DNA of 64,000 nucleotides from a virus. The notes below the pieces were generated by a model. The model was not told the origin of the DNA, did no database searches, and saw only the letters and a program-made list of their open reading frames with translations. Positions within the stretch are counted from its first letter, which is position 1. The number at the start of each line of letters is the position of its first letter. A program made the translations under genes and the position numbers. Below, piece by piece: positions 26,370 through 36,313 of the stretch. The stretch lies in IMG/VR virus record IMGVR_UViG_3300021185_002806; one strand, given 5' to 3'.

Positions 26370-27460
26370 TATGCTTCCTCGTTTACTTCGATGTTATCTA
26401 ATTCTGGAGCTTCTAGTTCTTCTGATTCATCATCAAAATTTCTATCATTCCATTCTTCCATTACTACGTTAAGTTTTTCATCAGTCCAGTTTTTACGGAA
26501 CTCAATCATTTCTTCGCCTGCTTTAGTCATATATTTCAAACGATTGCCTTGCTTGACTAGTACACCTTTTGCTTCAAAGAAATCCAAAAGACCACTGTAA
26601 GGACTCATACCTGTTTCGTATGGAATTTCTACTTGTACGCTTTCAAATGGTTTTGCATAACGTGTTTTCATTACTTTACAAGCCGCTCGAATACCGTGTA
26701 CTTGTGATGTTTTATTACCGTCTGCGTCAACTTTTAGTTTAAGTTTTTTCATTGCAACAACAATACTTGATGCATAGATAAACCCTTGTCCACCTGAAAT
26801 CTTATCATCCGGGTCAAACATATCTTGTGATGCATATGTGTGATTAGTACATACTAGTCCTACATTGTAATCACCAAACATATTAACTGAGTTACGAACT
26901 AGTGATGCTAGTGCTTTAGGTTTACGACCCATGTCACCTTTCATATCACCTTTTTGAAACTGGTCAACGTCAGTTGGTGTCAACATCATTCCTAAACTAT
27001 CAATAACAAACATTACTTTAGGACGTTCTGAGTCTTCTGCATCAGCATACTCCGCCTTGTAATCTTTCATAAAGTCATTAATAATTTTAGCAACATCGTC
27101 AATCATTGCCACATTTAATTTCAACAGTTTGTCTTCGGCAGTATCTACTTGCAATGCATGTAGCCATTTCTCATCTAATGCATTTTCTGAGTCTATCAGA
27201 ACTACAAAGATACCTTGGTCTTGTGCCGCCTTGACAATGTTGCCTGCCGCAACATATGATTTACCTGCACCGCTTTCGCCTGCAAATACTGTTACTTTTC
27301 CTAGTGGAATACCTTTATAAAAGTCTCCACTGATTAACTTGTTTAGACAGTAGTTACCTGTTGAGATCCAAGTATCAGGGTCACGAAAACCAGAACTAAC
27401 GCCTGGAACTGCTTTTGTGATACTTTTTCTAAATTTACTTACGTCAAATGCTCTTGGCAT
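26369..27460 (-). CDS. uvsX: RecA-like recombinase UvsX
   Basis: GESGAGKS, IDSENA, IDSLGM, SGGQG, KTRYAKP. Confidence 0.92.
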   Translation of the reverse strand: MPRAFDVSKFRKSITKAVPGVSSGFRDPDTWISTGNYCLNKLISGDFYKGIPLGKVTVFAGESGAGKSYVAAGNIVKAAQDQGIFVVLIDSENALDEKWLHALQVDTAEDKLLKLNVAMIDDVAKIINDFMKDYKAEYADAEDSERPKVMFVIDSLGMMLTPTDVDQFQKGDMKGDMGRKPKALASLVRNSVNMFGDYNVGLVCTNHTYASQDMFDPDDKISGGQGFIYASSIVVAMKKLKLKVDADGNKTSQVHGIRAACKVMKTRYAKPFESVQVEIPYETGMSPYSGLLDFFEAKGVLVKQGNRLKYMTKAGEEMIEFRKNWTDEKLNVVMEEWNDRNFDDESEELEAPELDNIEVNEEA

Positions 27461-27477
27461 ATTCTACTCCTTTGATA

Positions 27478-27502
27478 TGGAGGGAGACACAAAGTCTCCC
27501 TC
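27478..27502 (-). other. Intercistronic hairpin without U-tract
   Basis: gagggagac-acaaa-gtctccctc between gp32 and uvsX. Confidence 0.55.
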
Positions 27503-27517
27503 ACTAGTTGTTAATGA

Positions 27518-28537
27518 TTAATCAGATTTACGACTTCTAATCATTTTCAGGATATCAGCGGCATCAGTTCCCTGACCACCACTTGCTGGCGCACTCGCCT
27601 CTGCCATTGCTGGTTGAGGTGTTGCTTCTGCTTGTACAGGAGCCGGTGTTTCAGCTGGAGTTGAAGTTTGTGCTACTGGAGCCTCCGCAACCTTCGGTGT
27701 TACTGCTGATGCAGTTGGTGCCGATGATGCTGGCTTAGTATTACCTACATCCAATCCATATGGTTTATAGTAAGAACCCCATTTTTCTGGGTCATAAAGA
27801 TGCCCATCAACTGATGCTTCGAACATTTCCATAATGATACGAACTTCTTCATCACTAGGACGCTTCGGCATAAAATCACCCAAGTCATATAGACCATGAG
27901 TTTCAACCGCCTGACGTTCTTCTTCATTTAGAGAACGCTCTTTACGTGCCCAATTTGAAGTTGAATAGTCTGCATACTGACCTTTTTGCGTTTTAGTAAG
28001 ACGGAAGTCTGTACCTGCATCATAGTCAGTTGGAAGATTTTCCATATCTGGATCCATTAGAGCCGCCTTCAATAGTTTGAAGATTTGTGGCCCAATTACG
28101 AATCTACGAATTGGATTTTCTGGAGTTGCTTCGTTCATTGGATCTTGAACAACAAATCCTTGGAAGATGTAAGAACGTTTCTTCCAATACTTACGTCCAA
28201 TATCTTCCATAGAAGGGTCTTTGAACCAAGGACGAATTTCTGCATGTACGGGACATGTATCACCCCACATTTCAATACAAGGAACTTGTACTGTTACTGG
28301 TTTCGATTCGTCACCCCCTTTGACACCTGGAAAAGGCATCTTGATGATTTGTCTCTCACGCCAGAAAAAAGTATTTGAATTGTCTGAATCCGGAAGAAAA
28401 CGAATAACTGATGTAGAATCAGTGTCCATATTCCAGAAAGGATAGATGGCATCTGTGCCTCTATTTGCGTTGGCATTATCTGCCGATTTGTTATCTTGTG
28501 CAAGAAGTTTTGCACGGATTTCTGCTAAAGTAGCCAT
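27518..28537 (-). CDS. gp32: Single-stranded DNA-binding protein (T4 gp32-like)
   Basis: IRFLPD, CIEMWGDTCPV, YWKKRSY, Ala/Pro linker before the C-terminal tail. Confidence 0.88.
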   Translation of the reverse strand: MATLAEIRAKLLAQDNKSADNANANRGTDAIYPFWNMDTDSTSVIRFLPDSDNSNTFFWRERQIIKMPFPGVKGGDESKPVTVQVPCIEMWGDTCPVHAEIRPWFKDPSMEDIGRKYWKKRSYIFQGFVVQDPMNEATPENPIRRFVIGPQIFKLLKAALMDPDMENLPTDYDAGTDFRLTKTQKGQYADYSTSNWARKERSLNEEERQAVETHGLYDLGDFMPKRPSDEEVRIIMEMFEASVDGHLYDPEKWGSYYKPYGLDVGNTKPASSAPTASAVTPKVAEAPVAQTSTPAETPAPVQAEATPQPAMAEASAPASGGQGTDAADILKMIRSRKSD

Positions 28538-28622
28538 ATTTTATTCTCCTATATTAGCCTGTATTAGTTTGTTTTGTTTTATTAGCCTAAGTGTAAACAG
28601 TTTACTCTCAAACATGTTTACT

Positions 28623-28651
28623 ATTATACTTATCTTCGGGAGCAAAGTCAA
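28623..28651 (-). promoter_or_regulatory. sigma70-like promoter of gp32-uvsX operon
   Basis: TTGACT-N17-TATAAT. Confidence 0.8.
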
Positions 28652-28685
28652 GCGTTAAATACGTGTTTTTTGTATTTTTTTCCAC

Positions 28686-28713
28686 AAAAAAAAGGGACCC
28701 TAATAGGATCCCT
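28686..28713 (-). terminator. Intrinsic terminator
   Basis: agggaccct/aggatccct stem with T8 on the minus strand. Confidence 0.65.
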
Positions 28714-28737
28714 GATTTTATTGGTTTTTTTGGTATA

Positions 28738-30702
28738 TTATCTGTTTGCGGCGCCGCCAACCATGTCATTTGACATAGTTCTTAACTGTACAAAGTCTAC
28801 AATATCGCTATCAAATTCGCCTGTCCAACCTTGAGCAACATTATCGCCATCAAAATTAGCATCTGTTGGCCAATCACCATACAATACTACTGTGTTTCCA
28901 TTAACAAGTTTAGCTGATTTAATTCTTTTATCAAACTTGTCAGCCATTTTTAAAACAGAATTAACTTTTTCTTTTGCATTCATGTCACTTAAATCATCTG
29001 CACCATCAACTACTAACTTTTGTAGATTCGGTGATAAGTCACCTACTGCATTAATTTGTTTAGCATCCATACCTGCATCTTGCATTACAGATGTAACTGC
29101 TTGAGTGTCAGACATATCAGGCGTAGATCCGCCACCGCCACCTACTACTCCGGCACCGATTGCGGCAATAAGTCCTAGACCTATCAACATTTTGCCAATC
29201 TTGCCTTCTTCTAATTGCATAATTTCTTCATACAATAATTGCTTTCGAACATCTTCATCTATGCCTGCAATATTGAATTTAGCAAATGCTTCTGAAAGCA
29301 TTCTATCAAACTGTTCATTCACAGGAGTACCTGCAGTTTCTACTGCTTCGTTCTGTGTTGCTAGTTTTCTCAAGTATCCAGTAATTTGAATCTTTTCTTT
29401 TGTAAGACCTTTGCCTGAACGAATCGAGTTACCCATATCCATTAAGAACATTGACAATTCAGCCGCTCTGTCGTGGCCTTTATTTTTACGCTTATTGTCA
29501 TCAGTAGTGTCAACGTCTACTCTGTCTGCTAAATCATCGATTGATAATGCTAACTTAAGTTTCTTTTGTTCTTCTGCTTCTTGTGGAGTACGAGGTTCTG
29601 CATATTGTTTCTTAATTGCATCGTAATCGTATTCTGCGCCTGGCTTTCTAGGAAAAGTAATTTTGTTTTTCTTTTCACCAGTTTTCTTATCTTTTGCTAG
29701 AATAATTTCTTTAACACGTGCAATTTGGTCAGCACGGTTATCTTCCATTTCTTCTTCATTTACACGATGAATTAACGGCAAAACATCCCTTAAAGATTCT
29801 TCAAATGTTGATTTTGTAAATTTAGAAACATAGCTGTTTACGGTATCTTCTGTAATTTCAGCATTTTGTTTTGCTTCTGTTGTTGCCATTTTTTCAACAA
29901 AACTTGCGTATCCTTTTGCACCTTGTACACGCTTAATAGATTCTTTAATTGATTCCATTCTACGCTTAACATTAAGTACAACTGAACGATTGCTTTCATT
30001 GATTAGTGATTGCTTATTAACAACATTCATAAACTCTTTTAATTTTGCTAGGTTTGATGAAAGTTCTACAATAGCCTCACCCACCATGTCGCTAGGTACA
30101 CCACCATGTGAAACGTGTCTCGCCATTGCTCTTGCGCCGTTCAAGTGTTTGAATGGATACTTGAAACGTTCACCTTCAGCATTTTCAACAAATATTGCTG
30201 AAATATTACGAGAACGTGCACCACGTGATTCTTCGTTTACTGCGTTGCGGTGTTTGACGATTAGTCTTACATTTTCTAGTGTTTGGCGACTGGTACGTGA
30301 TGATCCTTCTAAAGGCGATAAGCCCTCTTTCATTACGTCACTCATAGTCTGCTCCTTGTCTTTGTCTAATTTATATGTATAATTCTTAGGTTCAATATGT
30401 TTACCAAATGAACGCATATCAAAATCTAACATGTATTCACGTGATAACTGTCTCAAGCTATCCATTAATATTTTGGCTAGAGGTTTATCTATATCAACTC
30501 CTTCACCAAAATGAAGTTTGACTTCATTAGTACTTTCATCAATAGACACCATCATATTTGGTTCGTCTATATAGAAAAATCTAGCTTCCTCTGGATTAGA
30601 TACACTTTTTCCATTCTCAGCATTGAACATCTTCAAAGAAATACCATTTCCTTGAATAATTCTCATCACTTTTTCTGCGATTGTTGATATATTTACAGCC
30701 AT
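28738..30702 (-). CDS. Large hypothetical late protein, probably virion-associated
   Basis: 654 aa; late promoter; hydrophobic LIGLGLIAAIGAGVVGGGGG segment. Confidence 0.75.
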   Translation of the reverse strand: MAVNISTIAEKVMRIIQGNGISLKMFNAENGKSVSNPEEARFFYIDEPNMMVSIDESTNEVKLHFGEGVDIDKPLAKILMDSLRQLSREYMLDFDMRSFGKHIEPKNYTYKLDKDKEQTMSDVMKEGLSPLEGSSRTSRQTLENVRLIVKHRNAVNEESRGARSRNISAIFVENAEGERFKYPFKHLNGARAMARHVSHGGVPSDMVGEAIVELSSNLAKLKEFMNVVNKQSLINESNRSVVLNVKRRMESIKESIKRVQGAKGYASFVEKMATTEAKQNAEITEDTVNSYVSKFTKSTFEESLRDVLPLIHRVNEEEMEDNRADQIARVKEIILAKDKKTGEKKNKITFPRKPGAEYDYDAIKKQYAEPRTPQEAEEQKKLKLALSIDDLADRVDVDTTDDNKRKNKGHDRAAELSMFLMDMGNSIRSGKGLTKEKIQITGYLRKLATQNEAVETAGTPVNEQFDRMLSEAFAKFNIAGIDEDVRKQLLYEEIMQLEEGKIGKMLIGLGLIAAIGAGVVGGGGGSTPDMSDTQAVTSVMQDAGMDAKQINAVGDLSPNLQKLVVDGADDLSDMNAKEKVNSVLKMADKFDKRIKSAKLVNGNTVVLYGDWPTDANFDGDNVAQGWTGEFDSDIVDFVQLRTMSNDMVGGAANR

Positions 30703-30723
30703 ATTGTTTTTTCCTTATAGATG

Positions 30724-30731
30724 TATTTATC
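30724..30731 (-). promoter_or_regulatory. Late promoter GATAAATA
   Basis: Overlaps the terminase TGA stop. Confidence 0.65.
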
Positions 30732-32289
30732 AAAATAGTACAGGAAGAGGGTCGTTAAAATCGTCTCCGGCTTCTAAAGATTCTCCTAACGTTTCCATAA
30801 ATTCTTCATCAAATCTTGATATTACTTGTATCTGCCTAATACAAAGTAAAGTAGCTGAAACTAAATCATCTGTTTCACCAGATTTTGCTTCGTAACTTTT
30901 ACCTTTTGCAATAAATGTTTTAAATTCTCTAATTAAGTTTCTACTCAGCGGTACCATTTTATCGCTCTCAATCCAAGATTTCAGCTTCATACATGCTGTT
31001 ATTTTAGTTTTGTAAGATGTAGTGAAACCTTTTCTAATTGCTTTTTGTATTCCTTTTTTCTTAGGCTCATGTAAGAATTCTCCTGGGAATTTGTCTTCAT
31101 CCATTTCTTCTATAACTATAAGAGCCGCTTCTCCCAGTGAATTGTTTTCAACAGACCAATAAATTTCCGGTCGTTGATTTCCCATTTCTTTCATTTCGTC
31201 ATTTAGTATTGTAAGAATATCGTGCATAGTTTTTACTTGGCCTCTGATATCAGTACGATTGCTTTGCCATTCTGCTACTTGTACTAGTTCAGGCAAAGAC
31301 CATACTTCAATAGCAGAATTATCCCCACCAGTACCCATAGCAGGATCAAGACCAATAACGTAAGTAGAATTTTTGTTAATTTTTTCATACCATCTTATTT
31401 GTCCAGTTTTCATAAGTGGCTCTTTGCCTTCTAAATGTGACAACTTAATACTATCTACAAGTGTTTCATCAAATGCAATAAATTCGCATTCATGTTCACG
31501 TAAAAAACGTTCTTCACCTACACGTGTTCTTTCTTCTTTTGACCACTGTTCATCTCTATCTGGATGCTCATACCAGACAGCCTTGAATGGTTTAAATCCG
31601 TTGATGCCTGTTTCTTTTTCATTGCCATGGTCATCGATATTTTTATTTGCGCCGCTCCATATCAATGCAAATTGGTCATCGTCTAAGTTTGGTGTTGAGG
31701 TAATAATAGCTTTACCACCTGTTGCTAGAGTAGGAGATATTGAAGTCCAAAACTCTTTTGCAATATTAGGTCTAACGAATGCAAACTCATCACAGTATAG
31801 TAAAGAGATTGAAAGACCACGACCTGTATTTTCTGTAGTTGCTTGTGCTATGATACGTGAACCATTATCAAACTCCATACTGCCTTTGTTATAACTCGTA
31901 ACACCTGCTCTAATATGGTCGGGACATAATTCATAGGCATGTCTAATTCTATGCATAATTTCTTGGGCACCTGAATATTTGTGTGCCGCAATTAGAATAG
32001 TTTGGTCTGGCATAAACATAGCATACCATAATAGATATCCTGCCGCAGTAGTAGATTTTCCCATCTGTCTACCTAACATAGAAATAGAAAATCTATAATC
32101 ATGATAAGAATGAAGTAATCCCCTTTGGTATCCATATGCATCATATATCATACTACCCTTAGTTGGGTGTTGTATTTTGAAATAATTATTCAAAAAGTAA
32201 AAAGGATCACTAGCACATCTACTAAATTCTAATAGTTGTGCATTACTAAACTTCGTTTTTTGATATGCTTTTTTAGTTAAATCTGCCAT
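30730..32289 (-). CDS. terL: Terminase large subunit (T4 gp17-like)
   Basis: GRQMGKST, YCDEFAFV, GLDPAMG, DDLV. Confidence 0.95.
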   Translation of the reverse strand: MADLTKKAYQKTKFSNAQLLEFSRCASDPFYFLNNYFKIQHPTKGSMIYDAYGYQRGLLHSYHDYRFSISMLGRQMGKSTTAAGYLLWYAMFMPDQTILIAAHKYSGAQEIMHRIRHAYELCPDHIRAGVTSYNKGSMEFDNGSRIIAQATTENTGRGLSISLLYCDEFAFVRPNIAKEFWTSISPTLATGGKAIITSTPNLDDDQFALIWSGANKNIDDHGNEKETGINGFKPFKAVWYEHPDRDEQWSKEERTRVGEERFLREHECEFIAFDETLVDSIKLSHLEGKEPLMKTGQIRWYEKINKNSTYVIGLDPAMGTGGDNSAIEVWSLPELVQVAEWQSNRTDIRGQVKTMHDILTILNDEMKEMGNQRPEIYWSVENNSLGEAALIVIEEMDEDKFPGEFLHEPKKKGIQKAIRKGFTTSYKTKITACMKLKSWIESDKMVPLSRNLIREFKTFIAKGKSYEAKSGETDDLVSATLLCIRQIQVISRFDEEFMETLGESLEAGDDFNDPLPVLF

Positions 32290-32292
32290 ATG

Positions 32293-33066
32293 CTATTCTA
32301 TTTTTCCTACTTTACCGTCTGCTTTAATTTCTGTATCAGCAAGTCTCTTAACTCTGTCTCTCCAACCCACTTCACCTATTGCTCCGGTGAGTGTTACTCT
32401 TATGTTATCACCTGCATCCGGGTCAACACGTGTTATACCATGTATTGAATTTTTCTGTATTAATATTAATCTATTTGGTTTAGGACTTACAAATGTACCT
32501 AAGCCAACATCCATAATAGGTTTAAATTGTCTTTGTTGTTCAAACATTTCTAATGGACTATTTAATTCTTTATAACTATCATGATGCACAGTGCCTTCTT
32601 TTAATTCTAACCACTGCGAATATTCTTGTGCAGACCCTAAAGGCAAAATACACAATGTAGAATCCCAGTTTATTTGCCATTTCTTATGCAAATAATAAGT
32701 GTATGTTGTAAAGCCAAAATCACAATGCCAAGGGTTTTTAGAATTAGCAGGATAGGCATGACAACGCATTGCATAATCTTCAAATTTGCCTCCTGTAACA
32801 TACTCATCGATATGTTCATATTCATTTAAAAATTTATTAAAATATTCAAACCACAAATCAGAGTTATCGCCTCTAGGATATCCACCTTGCCAACGTTTTT
32901 TATTTTTATAATTTGCACCATCAGTATAGTGCCAAAACTTATCATCACCTTGCGTCTGTTCCCATTCATCGACTTGAACTTGATTTAAAATCTTATCTTG
33001 TACTTCTTCTGGTAAGAAGTCATCAACAATCAAACACTCTGGTGTTCTCATAACAACATTATACAT
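32293..33066 (-). CDS. 2OG-Fe(II) oxygenase (prolyl-hydroxylase-like)
   Basis: WHCD...PKPNRLIL...HGITRV...RVTLTG (HxD...H...R). Confidence 0.8.
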   Translation of the reverse strand: MYNVVMRTPECLIVDDFLPEEVQDKILNQVQVDEWEQTQGDDKFWHYTDGANYKNKKRWQGGYPRGDNSDLWFEYFNKFLNEYEHIDEYVTGGKFEDYAMRCHAYPANSKNPWHCDFGFTTYTYYLHKKWQINWDSTLCILPLGSAQEYSQWLELKEGTVHHDSYKELNSPLEMFEQQRQFKPIMDVGLGTFVSPKPNRLILIQKNSIHGITRVDPDAGDNIRVTLTGAIGEVGWRDRVKRLADTEIKADGKVGKIE

Positions 33067-34093
33067 AGCTTTGTCTTTCTCCTTGTCTACTCAAATCTAA
33101 AGTGACACAATGTAAGCCACTGTCCCAGAAATATTTATGTCTAAAATCAAAAGGTATCATTTCAACTCCGTATTTCTTTAATTCTTTTTCAATTCTTGTA
33201 TCATGCCCATTTGTAATCAATGTATTTTCGTCAATACTTACTACATTCAAATCAAATACTGTTTCATCTACATACCCAATCCAATGTGATAGCCAATTTT
33301 CTACTTTGTCTTTATAGAAGTGTTGTATTCTCATTTCGTGAAACCACTCAGGTAAATCCCATGGTGTTAAAATAATCTTATCCCAATGTTTTAATTCTTC
33401 GGGAATATATTCTTCTTTCCATGTCATTAGTAATCCTGGTTTGATAATTGCTAACATACCATCAGCATGACCGCACTCAGGGATTTCTATCCATTTAGTT
33501 TCACAACCTATATTTCTTTTTACCCAATCTAACCCTGTTCTTGTTCCTCTTGCCCCAAAATCTCTGCCTTCTGGATCATGATACGGTCTTGAATGAATTA
33601 AAGTATCACCGCATTTTATAATATTTGCGGCATGATACATTATCTGAGGTTCCATTGTCTCATAATGCTGATACTGAGACTGCAATAAAGGTCTAGGCAT
33701 TGCAACATAGTTTCTTCCTTGTTTATGTTTTTCTAACATTATATCTAAGAAGTAATCACTTTCAGTATATCTATTACAATCACCACCTATAGTATTGATA
33801 ATAGTATCTCCATAAACTATATGATGGTCACGAGGACATATAGCAGGATATGGAAACTCTGATTTCCATTGTCTTGTGCTTTCAGCCTGCAAAGGTATAT
33901 TCTTTGGTCTATGAACTTTAACACTTGCTGATTTAAATATATCTGATAATTTTTGAAAATCTTGTTCTGTTTCTTCTAGTATCTTTGACATACTATCAAC
34001 AAATTGTGTATCATTGAATTGTTCTAAAGACTTTGTATCATAAGTGGAACCAACAATAATCTCTGTTAGTTTATCCCATTCTGTCCATATCAT
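33059..34093 (-). CDS. Amidinotransferase (pentein family, glycine/inosamine amidinotransferase-like)
   Basis: WTEWDKLTEIIVG, CPRD, GHADG, SGLHCVTLDL catalytic Cys. Confidence 0.85.
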   Translation of the reverse strand: MIWTEWDKLTEIIVGSTYDTKSLEQFNDTQFVDSMSKILEETEQDFQKLSDIFKSASVKVHRPKNIPLQAESTRQWKSEFPYPAICPRDHHIVYGDTIINTIGGDCNRYTESDYFLDIMLEKHKQGRNYVAMPRPLLQSQYQHYETMEPQIMYHAANIIKCGDTLIHSRPYHDPEGRDFGARGTRTGLDWVKRNIGCETKWIEIPECGHADGMLAIIKPGLLMTWKEEYIPEELKHWDKIILTPWDLPEWFHEMRIQHFYKDKVENWLSHWIGYVDETVFDLNVVSIDENTLITNGHDTRIEKELKKYGVEMIPFDFRHKYFWDSGLHCVTLDLSRQGERQSYV

Positions 34094-34124
34094 GTATTAT
34101 CCTAATTAACTTCTAATATAATAC

Positions 34125-34132
34125 TATTTATG
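34125..34132 (-). promoter_or_regulatory. Late promoter CATAAATA of amidinotransferase-oxygenase-terL operon
   Basis: Directly after the upstream terminator. Confidence 0.58.
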
Positions 34133-34135
34133 CAT

Positions 34136-34162
34136 AAAAAAAAGGGAGCCTAACTCCCTTTT
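34136..34162. terminator. Bidirectional intrinsic terminator
   Basis: A8-gggag-cctaa-ctccc-T4. Confidence 0.75.
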
Positions 34163-34185
34163 AATTTTAGATAAGTTGAAAATTA

Positions 34186-35037
34186 TTAATATACTTGTGT
34201 TGTGCCGTTATATTCGAACTGGTCAGAGTAACCATTTGTACTTCTTCTATGATGAGAAAACTCATATTTATAGCCATCAGCATCGTAAAAAGTAAGCCAT
34301 GCAGTATTTTCATAATTTGAAATTACTTGTCCTTCAAACAATTGGTCAAGTACTGTTGCTCTTGCACCGAATTGCGAACCGTCATAATCAATGTTCCATC
34401 TTGTATAACTTGACTGAGCATCTTTTGTAAATCCTGATATATGATATCCATTTGGTGCATGAATGCTTGAGTATGCAGAATCATCCAATCCCCAAGTATG
34501 ATATGCACTGTTGCCCGACAAGGTAAACGTATTAGACGGTATTGTATCGCCTAATTCCAGTGTTGTACTTGATGGAGCATGTACTACTTTAACAAGTGTA
34601 ACGTCAGTAGTCATACCAGTTGAAGTCCAATCAGGGTGGTCACTATCCATATCAACATGGTCATTTATGTAAGATGATATATTAGTATTATAACTAGCAC
34701 CTGTAACACGTAGATAATGAGTACGTGCCTGTGTTGGCGTTCCAGTTGATGTTTGAGTTGGCCATGCAGTCGTAACCGCTGTATCTGTTATTAGTCCATG
34801 GTCTTGTGTATCGACTACTACCAAATCATTTACTGTAGATAAATCTACGAATTCTCTTGTACCTGATTTAGATCCCCCAAATGATGCTCTGTGTACCGCT
34901 CCCGATGTTGGCAAATCAACCGCATCATCTGTAATTGAACCGAAATCTTCTAGTTCTGCTAACCAAATAGAACGTCTAACTATTACTTTTGGGCCAGCAC
35001 CTGCGTTTTGCCAAGTAACCCCACGATATTTTGCCAT
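34186..35037 (-). CDS. Hypothetical Thr/Ser-rich late protein, probably tail-associated
   Basis: 283 aa; DFGSITD/DHGLITD motifs shared with the 56490 fibre; late promoter at 35083. Confidence 0.72.
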   Translation of the reverse strand: MAKYRGVTWQNAGAGPKVIVRRSIWLAELEDFGSITDDAVDLPTSGAVHRASFGGSKSGTREFVDLSTVNDLVVVDTQDHGLITDTAVTTAWPTQTSTGTPTQARTHYLRVTGASYNTNISSYINDHVDMDSDHPDWTSTGMTTDVTLVKVVHAPSSTTLELGDTIPSNTFTLSGNSAYHTWGLDDSAYSSIHAPNGYHISGFTKDAQSSYTRWNIDYDGSQFGARATVLDQLFEGQVISNYENTAWLTFYDADGYKYEFSHHRRSTNGYSDQFEYNGTTQVY

Positions 35038-35082
35038 TATACCATCTCCTAAAAAAATATATCAGTTAATCTTTATTGTATA

Positions 35083-35090
35083 TATTTATC
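35083..35090 (-). promoter_or_regulatory. Late promoter GATAAATA
   Basis: tatttatc on +. Confidence 0.62.
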
Positions 35091-35140
35091 ATAAAGGTGG
35101 AAAAGTAATACACTTATATAAAGCGTATTACAAATACTTA

Positions 35141-36313
35141 TTATTGAGGATTTTTATTAGAAAGTGCCTTGCTTGCCACTGCACTTGCTCCAGCACGTGC
35201 CGCCATGCCTTTGATGCCTTTCTTAAGCAATGCACCACCTACTGCTTTCGCTACTGGTGCCAACACTGCTAATGGTGCCAATTCGTCAACTTTCTCAGTA
35301 CCTGCAAGTTTTCTTAGTCTTGCTAATTCTGGGCTTTCTTCTTTTTTAATTTTTGACCAGCCTTCTTGGTCAGCCATTTCATCATCCATGCCTTGGAAGT
35401 TATTATCTTGTGGTTCAAAATATGTAAATTCACTTGCTGGCATCATGTGTGTAAACTTGTGAAGTTCGTCTTTGCCACAATATCCAAAAGCACCTGTATC
35501 AGTATTAATACAAGCAAATTCATTGTCAGTGGATTCACCCATTGGTTCTGATTCATTAGTTGGAGCACCCATTTTTGCTTGACGAACTAGCATCTCTAAT
35601 CCTTCTTGGTCCATAGTTTGCTCTATTTCATCACCTGAATAGTTATCTTGTTCATCACCCATGGCACCCACTTCTGCTTTGTGTTCTTCGCCATTTTCGT
35701 CTTTAACAATATATGTATATTCGCCTACTCTCTTGTATGATAGTGGGCCACCTTCTGGTGATTTAAACTCGCCTTCTAGTTCTGATTCATTTACTTTATG
35801 ATGAGACTTACCACATTCTTCACATGGGTCTTTTCCACAATCACAATCACATTTTGCTTCATTGATTGATTCATCGGCTTTTTCTTTTTTATCTTTAGCC
35901 GCTTTTTTCATTGTTTCTTTTTTGTCACCATCACCATCGATATCAGCAAAGTCAGGCTTTGCTTTCTTTTCTTCTACTTTTTCTATTTCAGCCATTAGTG
36001 ATTCATAAATTTCACTTTCGTCTAGTGAATACTCTAATGGGTTATCACCTCTTGAAGGTTGTAACTTTTTGGATTGTTTTGAAATGCTTTCTGGAGATTT
36101 CTTTGAGTAGTCATCTAAATCTAACTTATCGTTAGCTGGTGTTGGTTGATATTCGTTTTCTTCGATTGACTCATCGCACCCACATGACGAATCTTGCATA
36201 CCTGCTAATTGCATCATACGTAAAACTTCTTCTGAATGTTCTGTACTTGTGTTTGATGTAGTAACTGATTTTCCGTTATCATCAGTAACAGTTAAATTAT
36301 AATGTTTGCTCAT
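35141..36313 (-). CDS. Acidic modular protein, probably internal head protein
   Basis: 390 aa; repeated xxE sites, DIDGDGD loop, Cys cluster, LRKLAG. Confidence 0.75.
   Translation of the reverse strand: MSKHYNLTVTDDNGKSVTTSNTSTEHSEEVLRMMQLAGMQDSSCGCDESIEENEYQPTPANDKLDLDDYSKKSPESISKQSKKLQPSRGDNPLEYSLDESEIYESLMAEIEKVEEKKAKPDFADIDGDGDKKETMKKAAKDKKEKADESINEAKCDCDCGKDPCEECGKSHHKVNESELEGEFKSPEGGPLSYKRVGEYTYIVKDENGEEHKAEVGAMGDEQDNYSGDEIEQTMDQEGLEMLVRQAKMGAPTNESEPMGESTDNEFACINTDTGAFGYCGKDELHKFTHMMPASEFTYFEPQDNNFQGMDDEMADQEGWSKIKKEESPELARLRKLAGTEKVDELAPLAVLAPVAKAVGGALLKKGIKGMAARAGASAVASKALSNKNPQ

Noticed and set aside
22843-32289. Inteins or group I introns in nrdA, uvsX, terL or helicase
   Set aside because: All are uninterrupted and of normal length
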